Positions 9,281 to 18,742 are shown, numbered from the stretch's first letter. The stretch: DNA of 64,000 nt from Arenicellales bacterium (GCA_965214875.1 OZ243980.1:2200009-2264008); one strand, 5' to 3'. The notes: generated from the sequence alone by a model not told the origin. Numbers and translations: made by a program.

Positions 9281-10355
9281 CTCATTAAAATTACACGATT
9301 ATATTATGCACTGCTTTCGCGCGATTTCTGATAAGCCACGATATCAATCAGCAATTCTAGGGTAATATTTTCCATAGGCTTGGCTTCAATTTGGGTAGTA
9401 TGAAGAGTTATCTGCAAACAATTTATTTCAGTCAACTGAAACCTGTGATATATCCGTCAACATCATCGCGCCGGTCAATCTTGTTACACGATTTCGTCTG
9501 CCAGACTCTCAGAAAGACCGAGATGCCGTGATTGATGATATTCGAAACAGCTTTGAATTCATCTATTCTGCCTTGATAAGACGAGCCTCGCATCTCGCAG
9601 TCCGGGTCCTGATGAAACTCGCAGGCCGTCTCCCGATTAGTTGCGCAAACTTGCAAGACTTGCTTGCTTTCGGACTTGCCGGCCGCGGCTTTAGCCTGTC
9701 GTCTCATCAATGCCCCTTCACTCCGACACTTTCCGCCTGTTTCCAGCCGACTCCGTCCGCTATAGCCCGATCAACAGGTCGGCATTCGCTTGATTCTTGG
9801 CTGTAGCCGGAACGACCTGTTAGGTGACCGCTTCGTAGACCCTGCATTTTCGCGGCACATGATTCGCGTCACAGCTCTAGCCGCCCAAAACAATCTCACA
9901 TCGCCGTCAACGCGGGCACGCCGATGCCTCAGAAAAAACATCAAAAAGAACGTAACTGACTTCAGAAAGCTACTATCTCGCAAGTGTCGCCGACTTCAGC
10001 GCAGATGGTCGCGGAAATCAGGCAACCGGAAGAGCCTTTGAAGGGTCGGGGGAAAAATTGAGAAACTTGAAGCTGGTATCAGCGGAATGCAACAACTACA
10101 CGACAAAGCATTTTAGGTCCCGCCGACAGGACAGATTGGATCGAGGAAAAACTGTCCAATATTCACAAATTGCCGGAACAGAAGGCGGGTCAATCTGCAA
10201 TTGCGCTTCGAAAAGCGTTTGCAACACTTGCCTTCCAACCCCATCCATCCTGACGGCGGAAAGCCATGCTGCGTTGCTGCAGATAAATGCTTTAGCAATC
10301 ACCGCACCGCTAACCCGCATCAGCGGATGCGGAAAACGGCGCATTTTCTTACCTC

Positions 10356-10723
10356 TGGTGGAGGTGGCGGGAATCGAACCCGCGTCCGCGAGCCCTCCTC
10401 GCACTGGCTCCTACATGCTTAGTCTATTCATCTTTACAAATGCCTGCGCCTGAATAGACAAGATCTTGCAAGCATCGGCCCCGCAGTGCCGAAACACCGG
10501 AAGTTTCGCATACCGGATTACGAGACATCCCGATACACTAGTCTGCGCAAATGTGACTCCATTTCATGCTACGCAAACTTAGCAATCAAGGAGTCTAGCA
10601 GCTAAGCTGCCAGAGCAAAGTTGTCGTCGTTGGCAACTAATTTTTTGCAGCGGATTTACGAGGTCACTGCACCTCGGCATGCTCCAATGGTTTTGTAACC
10701 CGCGTCGAAACCGAGTCACCCCC
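10356..10723 (-). ncRNA. ssrA: tmRNA (SsrA)
   Basis: 5' end GGGGGTGACTCGGTTTCGACGCGGG and 3' end GGTTCGATTCCCGCCACCTCCACCA, read on the minus strand. The tag reading frame GCC AAC GAC GAC AAC TTT GCT CTG GCA GCT TAG (10634-10602) encodes ANDDNFALAA. It lies immediately downstream of smpB. Confidence 0.95.
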
Positions 10724-10902
10724 AATTTAGAATCTTAATGCTAACACGAACTGCACCCGATCAGCATGCCTATCGTTTCGATCGGCATTTATGCTGGGCA
10801 GCTACGACGCATAGATGCAACATGGACGCAGATTGAAGAAAATCAATGGAAATCCGCTAAATTCCGCAGCCAAAGCCAGCATCAGCACAGCAGCATCCGC
10901 TC

Positions 10903-11376
10903 CTATGCTTCGACCTCTCGCCTCTGGCGTTCTTGATCTCGCTGCTTTAATGCCGCACGCTTGTCATACAGTTTCTTGCCTTTGCCAAGCGCAAACTGGA
11001 GCTTCGCATGACCTTCTTCACTCCAATACATCTGCACTGGAACCAAGGTGTAGCCTTTGCGTTCAACCGCGCCGATCAGCCTATTGATTTGCGAACGATG
11101 CAGCAACAGCTTGCGGTCTCGCGTCGAATTCGCTTTCACATGAGTGGAGACAGACTTAAGCGGAGATATATGCGCTCCAATTAGGAAGATTTCGCTCCCT
11201 TGAGCCTTGACATAGCTCTCCTTGATATTCGCTCTTCCCTGTCGAATGCTCTTGACTTCCCAACCCTCAAGCACAATTCCTGCTTCGTATTTTTCTTCCA
11301 GAAAAAACTCATGCGAAGCCTTTCTGTTCGTGGCAATCGTATTTCCGCTGAACTGCTTTTTGATCTTTCTAGCCAT
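10903..11376 (-). CDS. smpB: SsrA-binding protein SmpB
   Basis: 157 aa with NRKASHEFFLEEKYEAGIVLEGWEVKSIR..., the characteristic SmpB N-terminus. Adjacent to ssrA. Confidence 0.95.
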   Translation of the reverse strand: MARKIKKQFSGNTIATNRKASHEFFLEEKYEAGIVLEGWEVKSIRQGRANIKESYVKAQGSEIFLIGAHISPLKSVSTHVKANSTRDRKLLLHRSQINRLIGAVERKGYTLVPVQMYWSEEGHAKLQFALGKGKKLYDKRAALKQRDQERQRREVEA

Positions 11377-11549
11377 CTTCGATTAACACAAAAAGCTCGA
11401 TGTGAGGCCGTATAGAATCAGAGACAATCGCAATTGGAACGGTCGCAGAAGACATGAGTCCAGTTCGCCGGCACCAACAACACCTGAAACAGCCAAGCAA
11501 GCAATCAACCCAAAAAGTTGAGACAGTACGCCAATGCGCTCCGGCGCTG

Positions 11550-12548
11550 CTAGCGGCGACGCCTGCGACGGCTACGCCGGTCATCAGGGGCGGCAGAGCT
11601 TTGAAACACCTCGCCCAGTTTTGCCTCGACATCCGGCACCGACGGCCGTTCGCCGGGGGCATAGCCGGACAAGGCATCCCGCATTTTGCATACATGCTGC
11701 GGCTTGGTTCCGCAACAACCGCCAATAACTGTGGCACCAGCATCCCTCACCACCTGTGCATAGACAAACATCTGTTCCGGTGACGCAGAGTATACGATCT
11801 TGTCTTCCACCCACTCTGGCACACCGCAGTTCGCTTTTGCGATCAGCGGAATCTTCCCGGCAGATGCCTGTTGCATTTCTAAAATAGCGGCAACCGTCTG
11901 AGCCGGTCCTACTCCGCAATTGGATCCGACTGCAATCGGCTTGCGCTCCATGCCCAGGCAGCAACGGACTAGATCCGCCGGCATCAGCCCCATCATCGTG
12001 CGCCCATTGGTATCAAAACTGGCATTAATGGTAAATGGGAGCTTGGTTCCATTTACCCCTTCGGCCGCCGCTTGAATCTCTTCAGTGGAAGACATGGTCT
12101 CTATCCAGAGAATGTCGCATCCACCTCGCTCTAAAGCTTGAGCTTGCTCCGTAAAAGCTGCGACCGCCTCTTCGTACCGAACCTCGCCAAGCGGCGCGAT
12201 TAGTTCGCCGATCGGACCGATTGAGCCTGCAACAAGCACCTCTCGACCCGCACGATCGGCTGCCTCGCGAGCGATTTTTGCGGCCTTTTCGTTCAATTCG
12301 CCTACCCGATTCTGGCTTTGATGCAACTTCAATCGCATTGCATTGCCACCGAATGTATTCGTCAATACAACATCCGATCCAGCCTTCACAAAACTGTAGT
12401 TGAGCTCGAAAATCCGATCTGGGTAGTCTGCATTCCAAAGTTCGGGCGCATCTCCTGATATAAGCCCTTTATCAAATAGATTCGTTCCGGTGGCACCATC
12501 CATGATCACACACTCACCGTCTGCCATTTTTTTCAGTAATCCGGACAT
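11550..12548 (-). CDS. Homocysteine S-methyltransferase family protein (stand-alone MetH Hcy-binding-domain / BHMT-like)
   Basis: DGATGTNL near the N-terminus and the zinc-ligand region IGGCCGT. At 332 aa it has no pterin- or B12-binding domain downstream. It ends in an unusual arginine run (DDRRSRRRRRR). Confidence 0.8.
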   Translation of the reverse strand: MSGLLKKMADGECVIMDGATGTNLFDKGLISGDAPELWNADYPDRIFELNYSFVKAGSDVVLTNTFGGNAMRLKLHQSQNRVGELNEKAAKIAREAADRAGREVLVAGSIGPIGELIAPLGEVRYEEAVAAFTEQAQALERGGCDILWIETMSSTEEIQAAAEGVNGTKLPFTINASFDTNGRTMMGLMPADLVRCCLGMERKPIAVGSNCGVGPAQTVAAILEMQQASAGKIPLIAKANCGVPEWVEDKIVYSASPEQMFVYAQVVRDAGATVIGGCCGTKPQHVCKMRDALSGYAPGERPSVPDVEAKLGEVFQSSAAPDDRRSRRRRRR

Positions 12549-12899
12549 TTCAACAATCTAATGTAGTATGAGACATCCAATCGCAAGGTCGATCAGATAG
12601 CGACGGTGCAAACTTTAATGGTGGCAAAATAGCAACTCCACAGGCATCGAAATTGTCGAATGCTCAGCAACCTGGATGCCGTCGAGTTTAACCTGCGCAT
12701 TGCCTTTGTTGAATGTTCGCCGGACACTCCCGGAACCTATGAATAACGACGTGAAAACAGTCTAAGTACGGCGCGACACAGCAGATAAATCAAGTATAGC
12801 ACGGGATGCCATATCCCTATGCAAGCTGGCAGAAGATACCGATGCTTTTCGCACCGGCACACTTATTCGAACGACTTCGACCATGCACGCAGCTTGACT

Positions 12900-15535
12900 C
12901 GATCAATCCGGCGGCTGCAGCGAGCGCAAGTAGTCGCCGAACGACGGAATCGGAATCTTGTATTGACCCGGCATCCCCTTCGCAGGAGCCAGCACTCCCA
13001 CATGCAGCGCATCAGCAATGAACTCGTCGGCGGTCTGACCTTTCTCGCCTCGTTCCGATTCTGTCAGCGAAGCAATTTCACCGGGCGACAAAGTGTCATG
13101 AAAAGGCCCTTCTTTCCGCCTTGCCTCCCATGCCAGCTGCCTGTACACGCTTGCATGGTACGAGCCTGAGTCAATTCTGGCATCGTAATACGCGTTTTTC
13201 CGCTCAGCGCCTCTCTCGACGGCTTCGGCCAGCAGACCCTCTTTAAGCGTGCCGCCGTTGGCGCGTATCACACGTCCCGCTGCCACGCCAACCCGGTTGA
13301 TGTGCTGCGGCCAGCCTTGAGACAGTTCCGCCAGAGCATCCGCCCACAGAGCTTGCTCTTTTTGCGTTCCGCTATAGTATGCCTTGAGCATGCGCCTGAA
13401 CGACCTTTTGGAATCCTCAACCGACAGCGGCTCAAGATTCACGACCCGTTCGTCGGCAAGCCTCGACAAGCCGCATCGTGCCAACACCGCCTTGGTGTCG
13501 CTGAGTCCGAAAAACGCCGCGACCAACGAAATCCCCTGAGGGTCCAAATGCAAGCAACTCATAACCTGCTGGGTTGTCGGCTCCACCGGCGCATTCTGCG
13601 CCTCATCGACAAAAACGACAAAGCGAACGTTTTCGAGCAGCGGGGCGGCTATGCTGAAAAGCCTTGCCGCCGTCATTTCAGAATCCAGGCGCTTCTTGGC
13701 ATCCGGCTTGCCGCCGATTGAAATCCCGGCCACCGCAAATCCACGATCGGACAATTCTTCAAGAGTCCTTTTGCCAAAACTTATTAGACTCTCTATTTTT
13801 TGTGCGTTCTCGCTCGAAACGATCTTGGATAGTCGCTGACTCTCTTTCCCAACTGCGTCAATCAGAGCAGACATGACGTGCACAGGCGATCTTAAATCAC
13901 CCGGATCAACCCGCACGGCGACCCAAGGATCTTCAGGCGTTGAGTGCCGCCTCACCGCCTCCATGCACTCCTGCATCAGCGCGGTCTTGCCAGCCCCGGG
14001 CGCACCTTGAAAGACCATGCTGCCTCCGCCAACACGCTTGTCCATAAGGCTATTGGCTGCATTTTGGAAAACTTCGTACTCGGCATCTCGGCCGGAAAAG
14101 AACGCCTCGCGCCCAACTTCGGCGCGGTCGGCCTGCCTGAGCCATACCTCTTCGTCAAGAGGTTCAGCTGGGAACGGTTTTGCAAAACTCATTTGATCCA
14201 TGCGTATTAGTAAAATCTTTCGGGAAACTATTATCAGTAATCCGTATTTTTCTTGTTCACCGATAAATTGGAAAAACTGACGATGCAGATTATCCAAACT
14301 GCTTTCAGTTTAATCAAAAATGCAAACCATAATGCCGACTTCCAATTGCTGCTTCACATCCGTCAAGATTGTATGCAGATGCCCAGCTAGTCATGCTGCG
14401 CGATCAATCCGGCAGCTGCAGCGAGCGCAAGTAGTCGCCGAACGACGGAATCGGAATCTTGTATTGACCCGGCATCCCCTTCGCAGGAGCCAGCACTCCC
14501 ACATGCAGCGCATCAGCAATGAACTCGTCGGCGGTCTGACCTTTCTCGCCTCGTTCCGATTCTGTCAGCGAAGCAATTTCACCGGGCGACAAAGTGTCAT
14601 GAAAAGGCCCTTCTTTCCGCCTTGCCTCCCATGCCAGCTGCCTGTACACGCTTGCATGGTACGAGCCTGAGTCAATTCTGGCATCGTAATACGCGTTTTT
14701 CCGCTCAGCGCCTCTCTCGACGGCTTCGGCCAGCAGACCCTCTTTAAGCGTGCCGCCGTTGGCGCGTATCACACGTCCCGCTGCCACGCCAACCCGGTTG
14801 ATGTGCTGCGGCCAGCCTTGAGACAGTTCCGCCAGAGCATCCGCCCACAGAGCTTGCTCTTTTTGCGTTCCGCTATAGTATGCCTTGAGCATGCGCCTGA
14901 ACGACCTTTTGGAATCCTCAACCGACAGCGGCTCAAGATTCACGACCCGTTCGTCGGCAAGCCTCGACAAGCCGCATCGTGCCAACACCGCCTTGGTGTC
15001 GCTGAGTCCGAAAAACGCCGCGACCAACGAAATCCCCTGAGGGTCCAAATGCAAGCAACTCATAACCTGCTGGGTTGTCGGCTCCACCGGCGCATTCTGC
15101 GCCTCATCGACAAAAACGACAAAGCGAACGTTTTCGAGCAGCGGGGCGGCTATGCTGAAAAGCCTTGCCGCCGTCATTTCAGAATCCAGGCGCTTCTTGG
15201 CATCCGGCTTGCCGCCGATTGAAATCCCGGCCACCGCAAATCCACGATCGGACAATTCTTCAAGAGTCCTTTTGCCAAAACTTATTAGACTCTCTATTTT
15301 TTGTGCGTTCTCGCTCGAAACGATCTTGGATAGTCGCTGACTCTCTTTCCCAACTGCGTCAATCAGAGCAGACATGACGTGCACAGGCGATCTTAAATCA
15401 CCCGGATCAACCCGCACGGCGACCCAAGGATCTTCAGGCGTTGAGTGCCGCCTCACCGCCTCCATGCACTCCTGCATCAGCGCGGTCTTGCCAGCCCCGG
15501 GCGCACCTTGAAAGACCATGCTGCCTCCGCCAACA
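12900..15535. repeat. Tandem direct repeat: two 1,135-bp blocks (12900-14034 and 14401-15535, offset 1,501 nt) identical except for one substitution seen (12913 vs 14414)
   Basis: The translations of both genes and of all shadow ORFs are identical across the block. Identity starts just outside the stop codons and ends abruptly a few codons upstream of the Walker A motif. Confidence 0.85.
12903..14201 (-). CDS. P-loop NTPase (ORC/ExeA/AAA_16-22-like) with probable C-terminal winged helix, paralogue 1
   Basis: Walker A GAPGAGKT and Walker B VVFVDEAQ, preceded by FFSGRDAEYEVF (an FxGRxxE-type lead-in). The ORF track extends to 14297, but the start is probably MDQMSFAKP (14201) or the ATG at 14192. 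Confidence 0.7.
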   Translation of the reverse strand: MDQMSFAKPFPAEPLDEEVWLRQADRAEVGREAFFSGRDAEYEVFQNAANSLMDKRVGGGSMVFQGAPGAGKTALMQECMEAVRRHSTPEDPWVAVRVDPGDLRSPVHVMSALIDAVGKESQRLSKIVSSENAQKIESLISFGKRTLEELSDRGFAVAGISIGGKPDAKKRLDSEMTAARLFSIAAPLLENVRFVVFVDEAQNAPVEPTTQQVMSCLHLDPQGISLVAAFFGLSDTKAVLARCGLSRLADERVVNLEPLSVEDSKRSFRRMLKAYYSGTQKEQALWADALAELSQGWPQHINRVGVAAGRVIRANGGTLKEGLLAEAVERGAERKNAYYDARIDSGSYHASVYRQLAWEARRKEGPFHDTLSPGEIASLTESERGEKGQTADEFIADALHVGVLAPAKGMPGQYKIPIPSFGDYLRSLQPPD

Positions 15536-15702
15536 TTCCCTCTGCGCAGGCTATTGGCTGCTCGCTTAAACACTTCAAATTCAGCATCGCGTCCACAAAA
15601 AAATGGTTCTCTGCCAACCTCCGCACGATCGGTTCTATCAAGCCAATCACTTTCTTCCAGCGGTCTGACTGGCGACGGTTTTGCAAAATTCATTTGGCTC
15701 AT
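14404..15702 (-). CDS. P-loop NTPase, paralogue 2 (identical to paralogue 1 over about 375 aa, with a divergent N-terminal ~55 aa)
   Basis: Same motifs as paralogue 1. N-terminus MSQMNFAKPSPVRPLEESDWLDRTDRAEVGREPFFCGRDAEFEVFKRAANSLRRGN versus MDQMSFAKPFPAEPLDEEVWLRQADRAEVGREAFFSGRDAEYEVFQNAANSLMDKR. The ORF track start at 15729 is probably too long. Confidence 0.7.
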   Translation of the reverse strand: MSQMNFAKPSPVRPLEESDWLDRTDRAEVGREPFFCGRDAEFEVFKRAANSLRRGNVGGGSMVFQGAPGAGKTALMQECMEAVRRHSTPEDPWVAVRVDPGDLRSPVHVMSALIDAVGKESQRLSKIVSSENAQKIESLISFGKRTLEELSDRGFAVAGISIGGKPDAKKRLDSEMTAARLFSIAAPLLENVRFVVFVDEAQNAPVEPTTQQVMSCLHLDPQGISLVAAFFGLSDTKAVLARCGLSRLADERVVNLEPLSVEDSKRSFRRMLKAYYSGTQKEQALWADALAELSQGWPQHINRVGVAAGRVIRANGGTLKEGLLAEAVERGAERKNAYYDARIDSGSYHASVYRQLAWEARRKEGPFHDTLSPGEIASLTESERGEKGQTADEFIADALHVGVLAPAKGMPGQYKIPIPSFGDYLRSLQLPD

Positions 15703-15873
15703 GCGCTTTACGACCCGCAACTTACCCAATTGATTCTAACATTGAGCCGCAAAAAGAAAACCCCATCACTGAACAAAATATCATAAATCACGATAAGACA
15801 GAGCAAAACTGCCTCTAAAATCGCAATTCATCAAGTGTTGATATAATCGAACACTATCATCGATAGATGCGAA

Positions 15874-16335
15874 TTGAACCATGTCTTCACAACTCATATG
15901 ACATATCCAACGGACAATTCAACCTACCAAGCACGCTCGCTATCCGCTGTCTTGATGGCTTTGCTCACCTTCACCGCGGCAACGTTTTCTCAAGCGAACG
16001 CAGGCAGTATCAACCTTCTCATGTTCGAAGAAGACTACTGTTCGTGGTGCGAGAAGTGGAACGAAGAAATCGGCGGCATTTACCACCTCACGCCACAGGC
16101 ATGCTACGCAGATATTAAAAGGGTTCAAATCACCGACCCGCTACCAGAATCATTGGGCTTAGCTGAACCGGTAAGTTACACGCCAACTTTCGTGCTGGTG
16201 TATCAAGACCGGGAAATTGGCAGAATAACAGGCTATCCTCGCGAAGATTTTTTCTGGCCGATGCTGGACGAAATAATAGAAAGCCTTCCTTCAGAAGCTT
16301 TAGAGCATGCAGACATGAATTGTCAGCGTTCCTAG
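15874..16335 (+). CDS. Periplasmic thioredoxin-fold protein with a CxxC motif (SoxS-like)
   Basis: Signal-peptide-like LSAVLMALLTFTAATFSQANA and a CSWC redox motif. The start is uncertain; an internal ATG at 15898 is possible. Confidence 0.6.
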   Translation: MNHVFTTHMTYPTDNSTYQARSLSAVLMALLTFTAATFSQANAGSINLLMFEEDYCSWCEKWNEEIGGIYHLTPQACYADIKRVQITDPLPESLGLAEPVSYTPTFVLVYQDREIGRITGYPREDFFWPMLDEIIESLPSEALEHADMNCQRS

Positions 16336-16380
16336 AGGTTTTTAGCTACTACAACGCTACGACACCTCCGTCATCTACCA

Positions 16381-16818
16381 ATGCATAGAATACGTCGCTC
16401 GCAAATTTCACCCTATTCGCCTGAACAGTGGTATGGGCTGGTGAACGATATCCAATCGTACCCTGAGTTCATTCCGAATTGCTCGATGGCTCGGATTATC
16501 GAGCAATCAGACGACGGCTACGTTGCAGAAGTCGAAATCAACTTCGCTAGGCTAAAGCAAAGATTCGCCACCAGAAACACACTGCAGCCTCACCATGAAA
16601 TCACCATGGCGCTTGCATTCGGGCCGTTCAAGAATCTGAACGGCGCATGGGTGTTCGAGCAAACCGAAGATAACGGCTGCCAAGTTCACTTCGAACTAGC
16701 ATATGAATTCTCTTCAAAACGCTTAGGAATAGTCATCGGACCTCTGTTCGATCGATTTACAGACAAGGCGGTCAGCGCCTTTGTATCACGTGCGCAGGTC
16801 GTTTATGACGGCCCGTGA
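16381..16818 (+). CDS. ratA: SRPBCC/START-fold protein RatA (YfjG, Coq10-like)
   Basis: 145 aa with YSPEQWYGLVNDIQSYPEFIPNC. Conserved ratA-rnfH pairing near smpB. Confidence 0.85.
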   Translation: MHRIRRSQISPYSPEQWYGLVNDIQSYPEFIPNCSMARIIEQSDDGYVAEVEINFARLKQRFATRNTLQPHHEITMALAFGPFKNLNGAWVFEQTEDNGCQVHFELAYEFSSKRLGIVIGPLFDRFTDKAVSAFVSRAQVVYDGP

Positions 16819-17119
16819 TACGATTCAAATCGAAGTCGCGTTCGCCACCGCAAGCGAGCAACTCATAGCCCAACTCGAAGTGCCGACGCTAACAACCGCA
16901 GGGAAAGCGGTAAAACTGGCGAAACTAAGCGAGCGGTTTGCCGAATTTGACTTCGACACGGCACCAATCGGAATATATGGCAAAATCGTATCTCGCGATC
17001 ATTTGCTCGCTCAGAACGATCGGGTAGAAATCTACCGCAGTCTGCACCAGGCGCCGACCGACGCTCGTCGCAAGCGAGCCAACCAACACAAGCGCAACTC
17101 ACCCCGAACCAGACGTTGA
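16805..17119 (+). CDS. rnfH: RnfH family ubiquitin-fold protein (YfjF)
   Basis: IEVAFATASEQ...DRVEIYRSL...DARRKRA is typical of RnfH. The start was corrected to ATG 16805 (MTARDTIQIEV), which overlaps the ratA stop. Confidence 0.85.
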   Translation: MTARDTIQIEVAFATASEQLIAQLEVPTLTTAGKAVKLAKLSERFAEFDFDTAPIGIYGKIVSRDHLLAQNDRVEIYRSLHQAPTDARRKRANQHKRNSPRTRR

Positions 17120-18742
17120 GCGAGTGCGCAGATCGTTGCGTCGCACCTTTCCTGTCGTCGTCATCGGCATCTTGTCGATGTATTCGATTTGCCGAGGATA
17201 CTCGTACGCAGCTAGTTGGGTGCGGACAGATTGCTGAATGTCTTTCGTCAATGCGTCATCACCGCAAAAGCCTTCCTTCAGCACCACAAAAGCCTTGATC
17301 TCCTCTCCGCGCAGTTCGTCAGGCACTCCTACAACCGCTGCCTGCGCGATCGAAGGATGCTTCATTAAACAGTCTTCGATTTCACCGGGACCGATTCGAT
17401 AGCCGGCGCTGGAGATGACATCGTCCGTGCGTCCGACAAACCAAATGTAGCCATCTTCATCCTTGTAGCCGGTATCACCGGTGCCCCAATAGCGATCGAT
17501 GAACTTCGACTTTGTCGCTTCATCATTGTTCCAATAGCCAAGAACCATGACCGGGTCATCGCGATCTGCCGCAAGCTCGCCAGCATCGCCTGCCGGCATT
17601 GGGTTGCCACTCTCGTCGACAACTTCGACTCGATGCCCCGGATAGGCCTTTCCGACCGAACCTGGCCGAACCGGCATCGCCTCCGCACAATTGCCTGCGA
17701 TATAGTTAAATTCTGTTTGCGCCCACATTTCGTTAATTTCGATGCCGAAAGCTTCGATGCCCCAATGAAAAAGCGGTACACCAAGCGCCTCCCCCGCAGA
17801 CATGATTGATCGTATATTGATGCCATTACGGCTGTTGATGCTGTCGAGCTGACGCAGCATCTTTAGTGCCGTCGGGGGCAAGAATGCATTGCGCACGCGA
17901 TACTTCTCCAGCAAATGGCATGCCTTTTCTGGATCAAACTTGCCGCCGTCGTAGCCAAGCACCGGAACACCGTAATACATCGACGGAATCAAGCCGTCAA
18001 GCAATCCGCCAGTCCATGCCCAGTCAGCAGGAGTCCAGAATAGATCATCTTGTTGCGGGAAGAAATTGTGCGACATCTCAAAGCCGGTCAAATTTCCGAT
18101 CAAGCAACGATGTGCGCCTAGTGCCCCCTTAGGCGGTCCTGTCGTGCCGGAAGTATAGATCAGAAACGCTGGATCATTTGATAGGGTTGCAACCGTTTCC
18201 AGCTGATCACTGGCACACTCAATCATGCTCCAAAATCCCTGTTCATGATCGCAATCGATGATTGCGGTCAAATCGGGCAACTCGTCGCGAATTGATTCAA
18301 GCATCTCGCAATGCTGCGAATCGGCGAGAACTACTTTAGTTCCGCTATCGAGGAGCCGATAGCCTACAGCTTCAGGGCCGAACAGCACCGATAGCGGCAA
18401 TGCGACAGCCCCAAGCTTGTAGATCGCGATGTGCGCGATCGCGGTTTCCTGTCGCTGAGGCAAAATGATTGCGACCCGGTCGCCTTTCGAAATGCCGCAA
18501 TGCTTAAGCGCATTGCCAAACCGGTTGGTCAGCCGATCAAGTTGAGCATAGGTCAGTTCGCTTGATTCGCCTCGTTCGTTTTCGAAATAAAGCGCGACTT
18601 CAGAACCAGCTGTCGCAGCATGGCGCTCGCAAATGCTATAGCCCATATTGAAATATTGCGGAATATCCCATGTGAACCGCTCGCATATTGCATCCCAATC
18701 GCCCCACTCAGACCGTATCAACCTTAAATGATCGTTGTTCAT
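17099..18742 (-). CDS. AMP-forming acyl-CoA synthetase (adenylate-forming enzyme family)
   Basis: AMP-binding signature IYTSGTTGPPKG, with GDTGYKDEDGYIWFVGRTDD and a C-terminal TTTGKVRR. Confidence 0.9.
   Translation of the reverse strand: MNNDHLRLIRSEWGDWDAICERFTWDIPQYFNMGYSICERHAATAGSEVALYFENERGESSELTYAQLDRLTNRFGNALKHCGISKGDRVAIILPQRQETAIAHIAIYKLGAVALPLSVLFGPEAVGYRLLDSGTKVVLADSQHCEMLESIRDELPDLTAIIDCDHEQGFWSMIECASDQLETVATLSNDPAFLIYTSGTTGPPKGALGAHRCLIGNLTGFEMSHNFFPQQDDLFWTPADWAWTGGLLDGLIPSMYYGVPVLGYDGGKFDPEKACHLLEKYRVRNAFLPPTALKMLRQLDSINSRNGINIRSIMSAGEALGVPLFHWGIEAFGIEINEMWAQTEFNYIAGNCAEAMPVRPGSVGKAYPGHRVEVVDESGNPMPAGDAGELAADRDDPVMVLGYWNNDEATKSKFIDRYWGTGDTGYKDEDGYIWFVGRTDDVISSAGYRIGPGEIEDCLMKHPSIAQAAVVGVPDELRGEEIKAFVVLKEGFCGDDALTKDIQQSVRTQLAAYEYPRQIEYIDKMPMTTTGKVRRNDLRTRSTSGSG

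Noticed and set aside
9281-10355. An island integrase or its remnant, and an intrinsic terminator, just downstream of ssrA. The 92-aa ORF at 9432-9710 was also considered.
   Set aside because: No frame shows integrase motifs (R...HxxR...Y). The hairpin CCGCATC-CGCT-GATGCGG (10315-10332) lacks a U-tract. The 92-aa ORF has no RBS or recognisable motif.
12549-12800. A possible SAM, SAH or cobalamin riboswitch in the 250-nt leader of the homocysteine methyltransferase gene.
   Set aside because: I could not find the conserved cores (B12 box, SAH or SAM-II signatures) by eye. Only an Infernal/Rfam scan could settle it, so no feature is claimed.
12819-14670. Duplicated 116-aa plus-strand ORFs (12819-13169 and 14320-14670) and duplicated 139/62/70-aa ORFs.
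   Set aside because: They are identical only because they lie antisense within the duplicated ATPase block. They have no start context or motifs.
16381-17119. ratA-rnfH considered as a toxin-antitoxin module.
   Set aside because: This is a conserved housekeeping pair next to smpB in many proteobacteria, and RnfH is not an antitoxin. It is treated as backbone.
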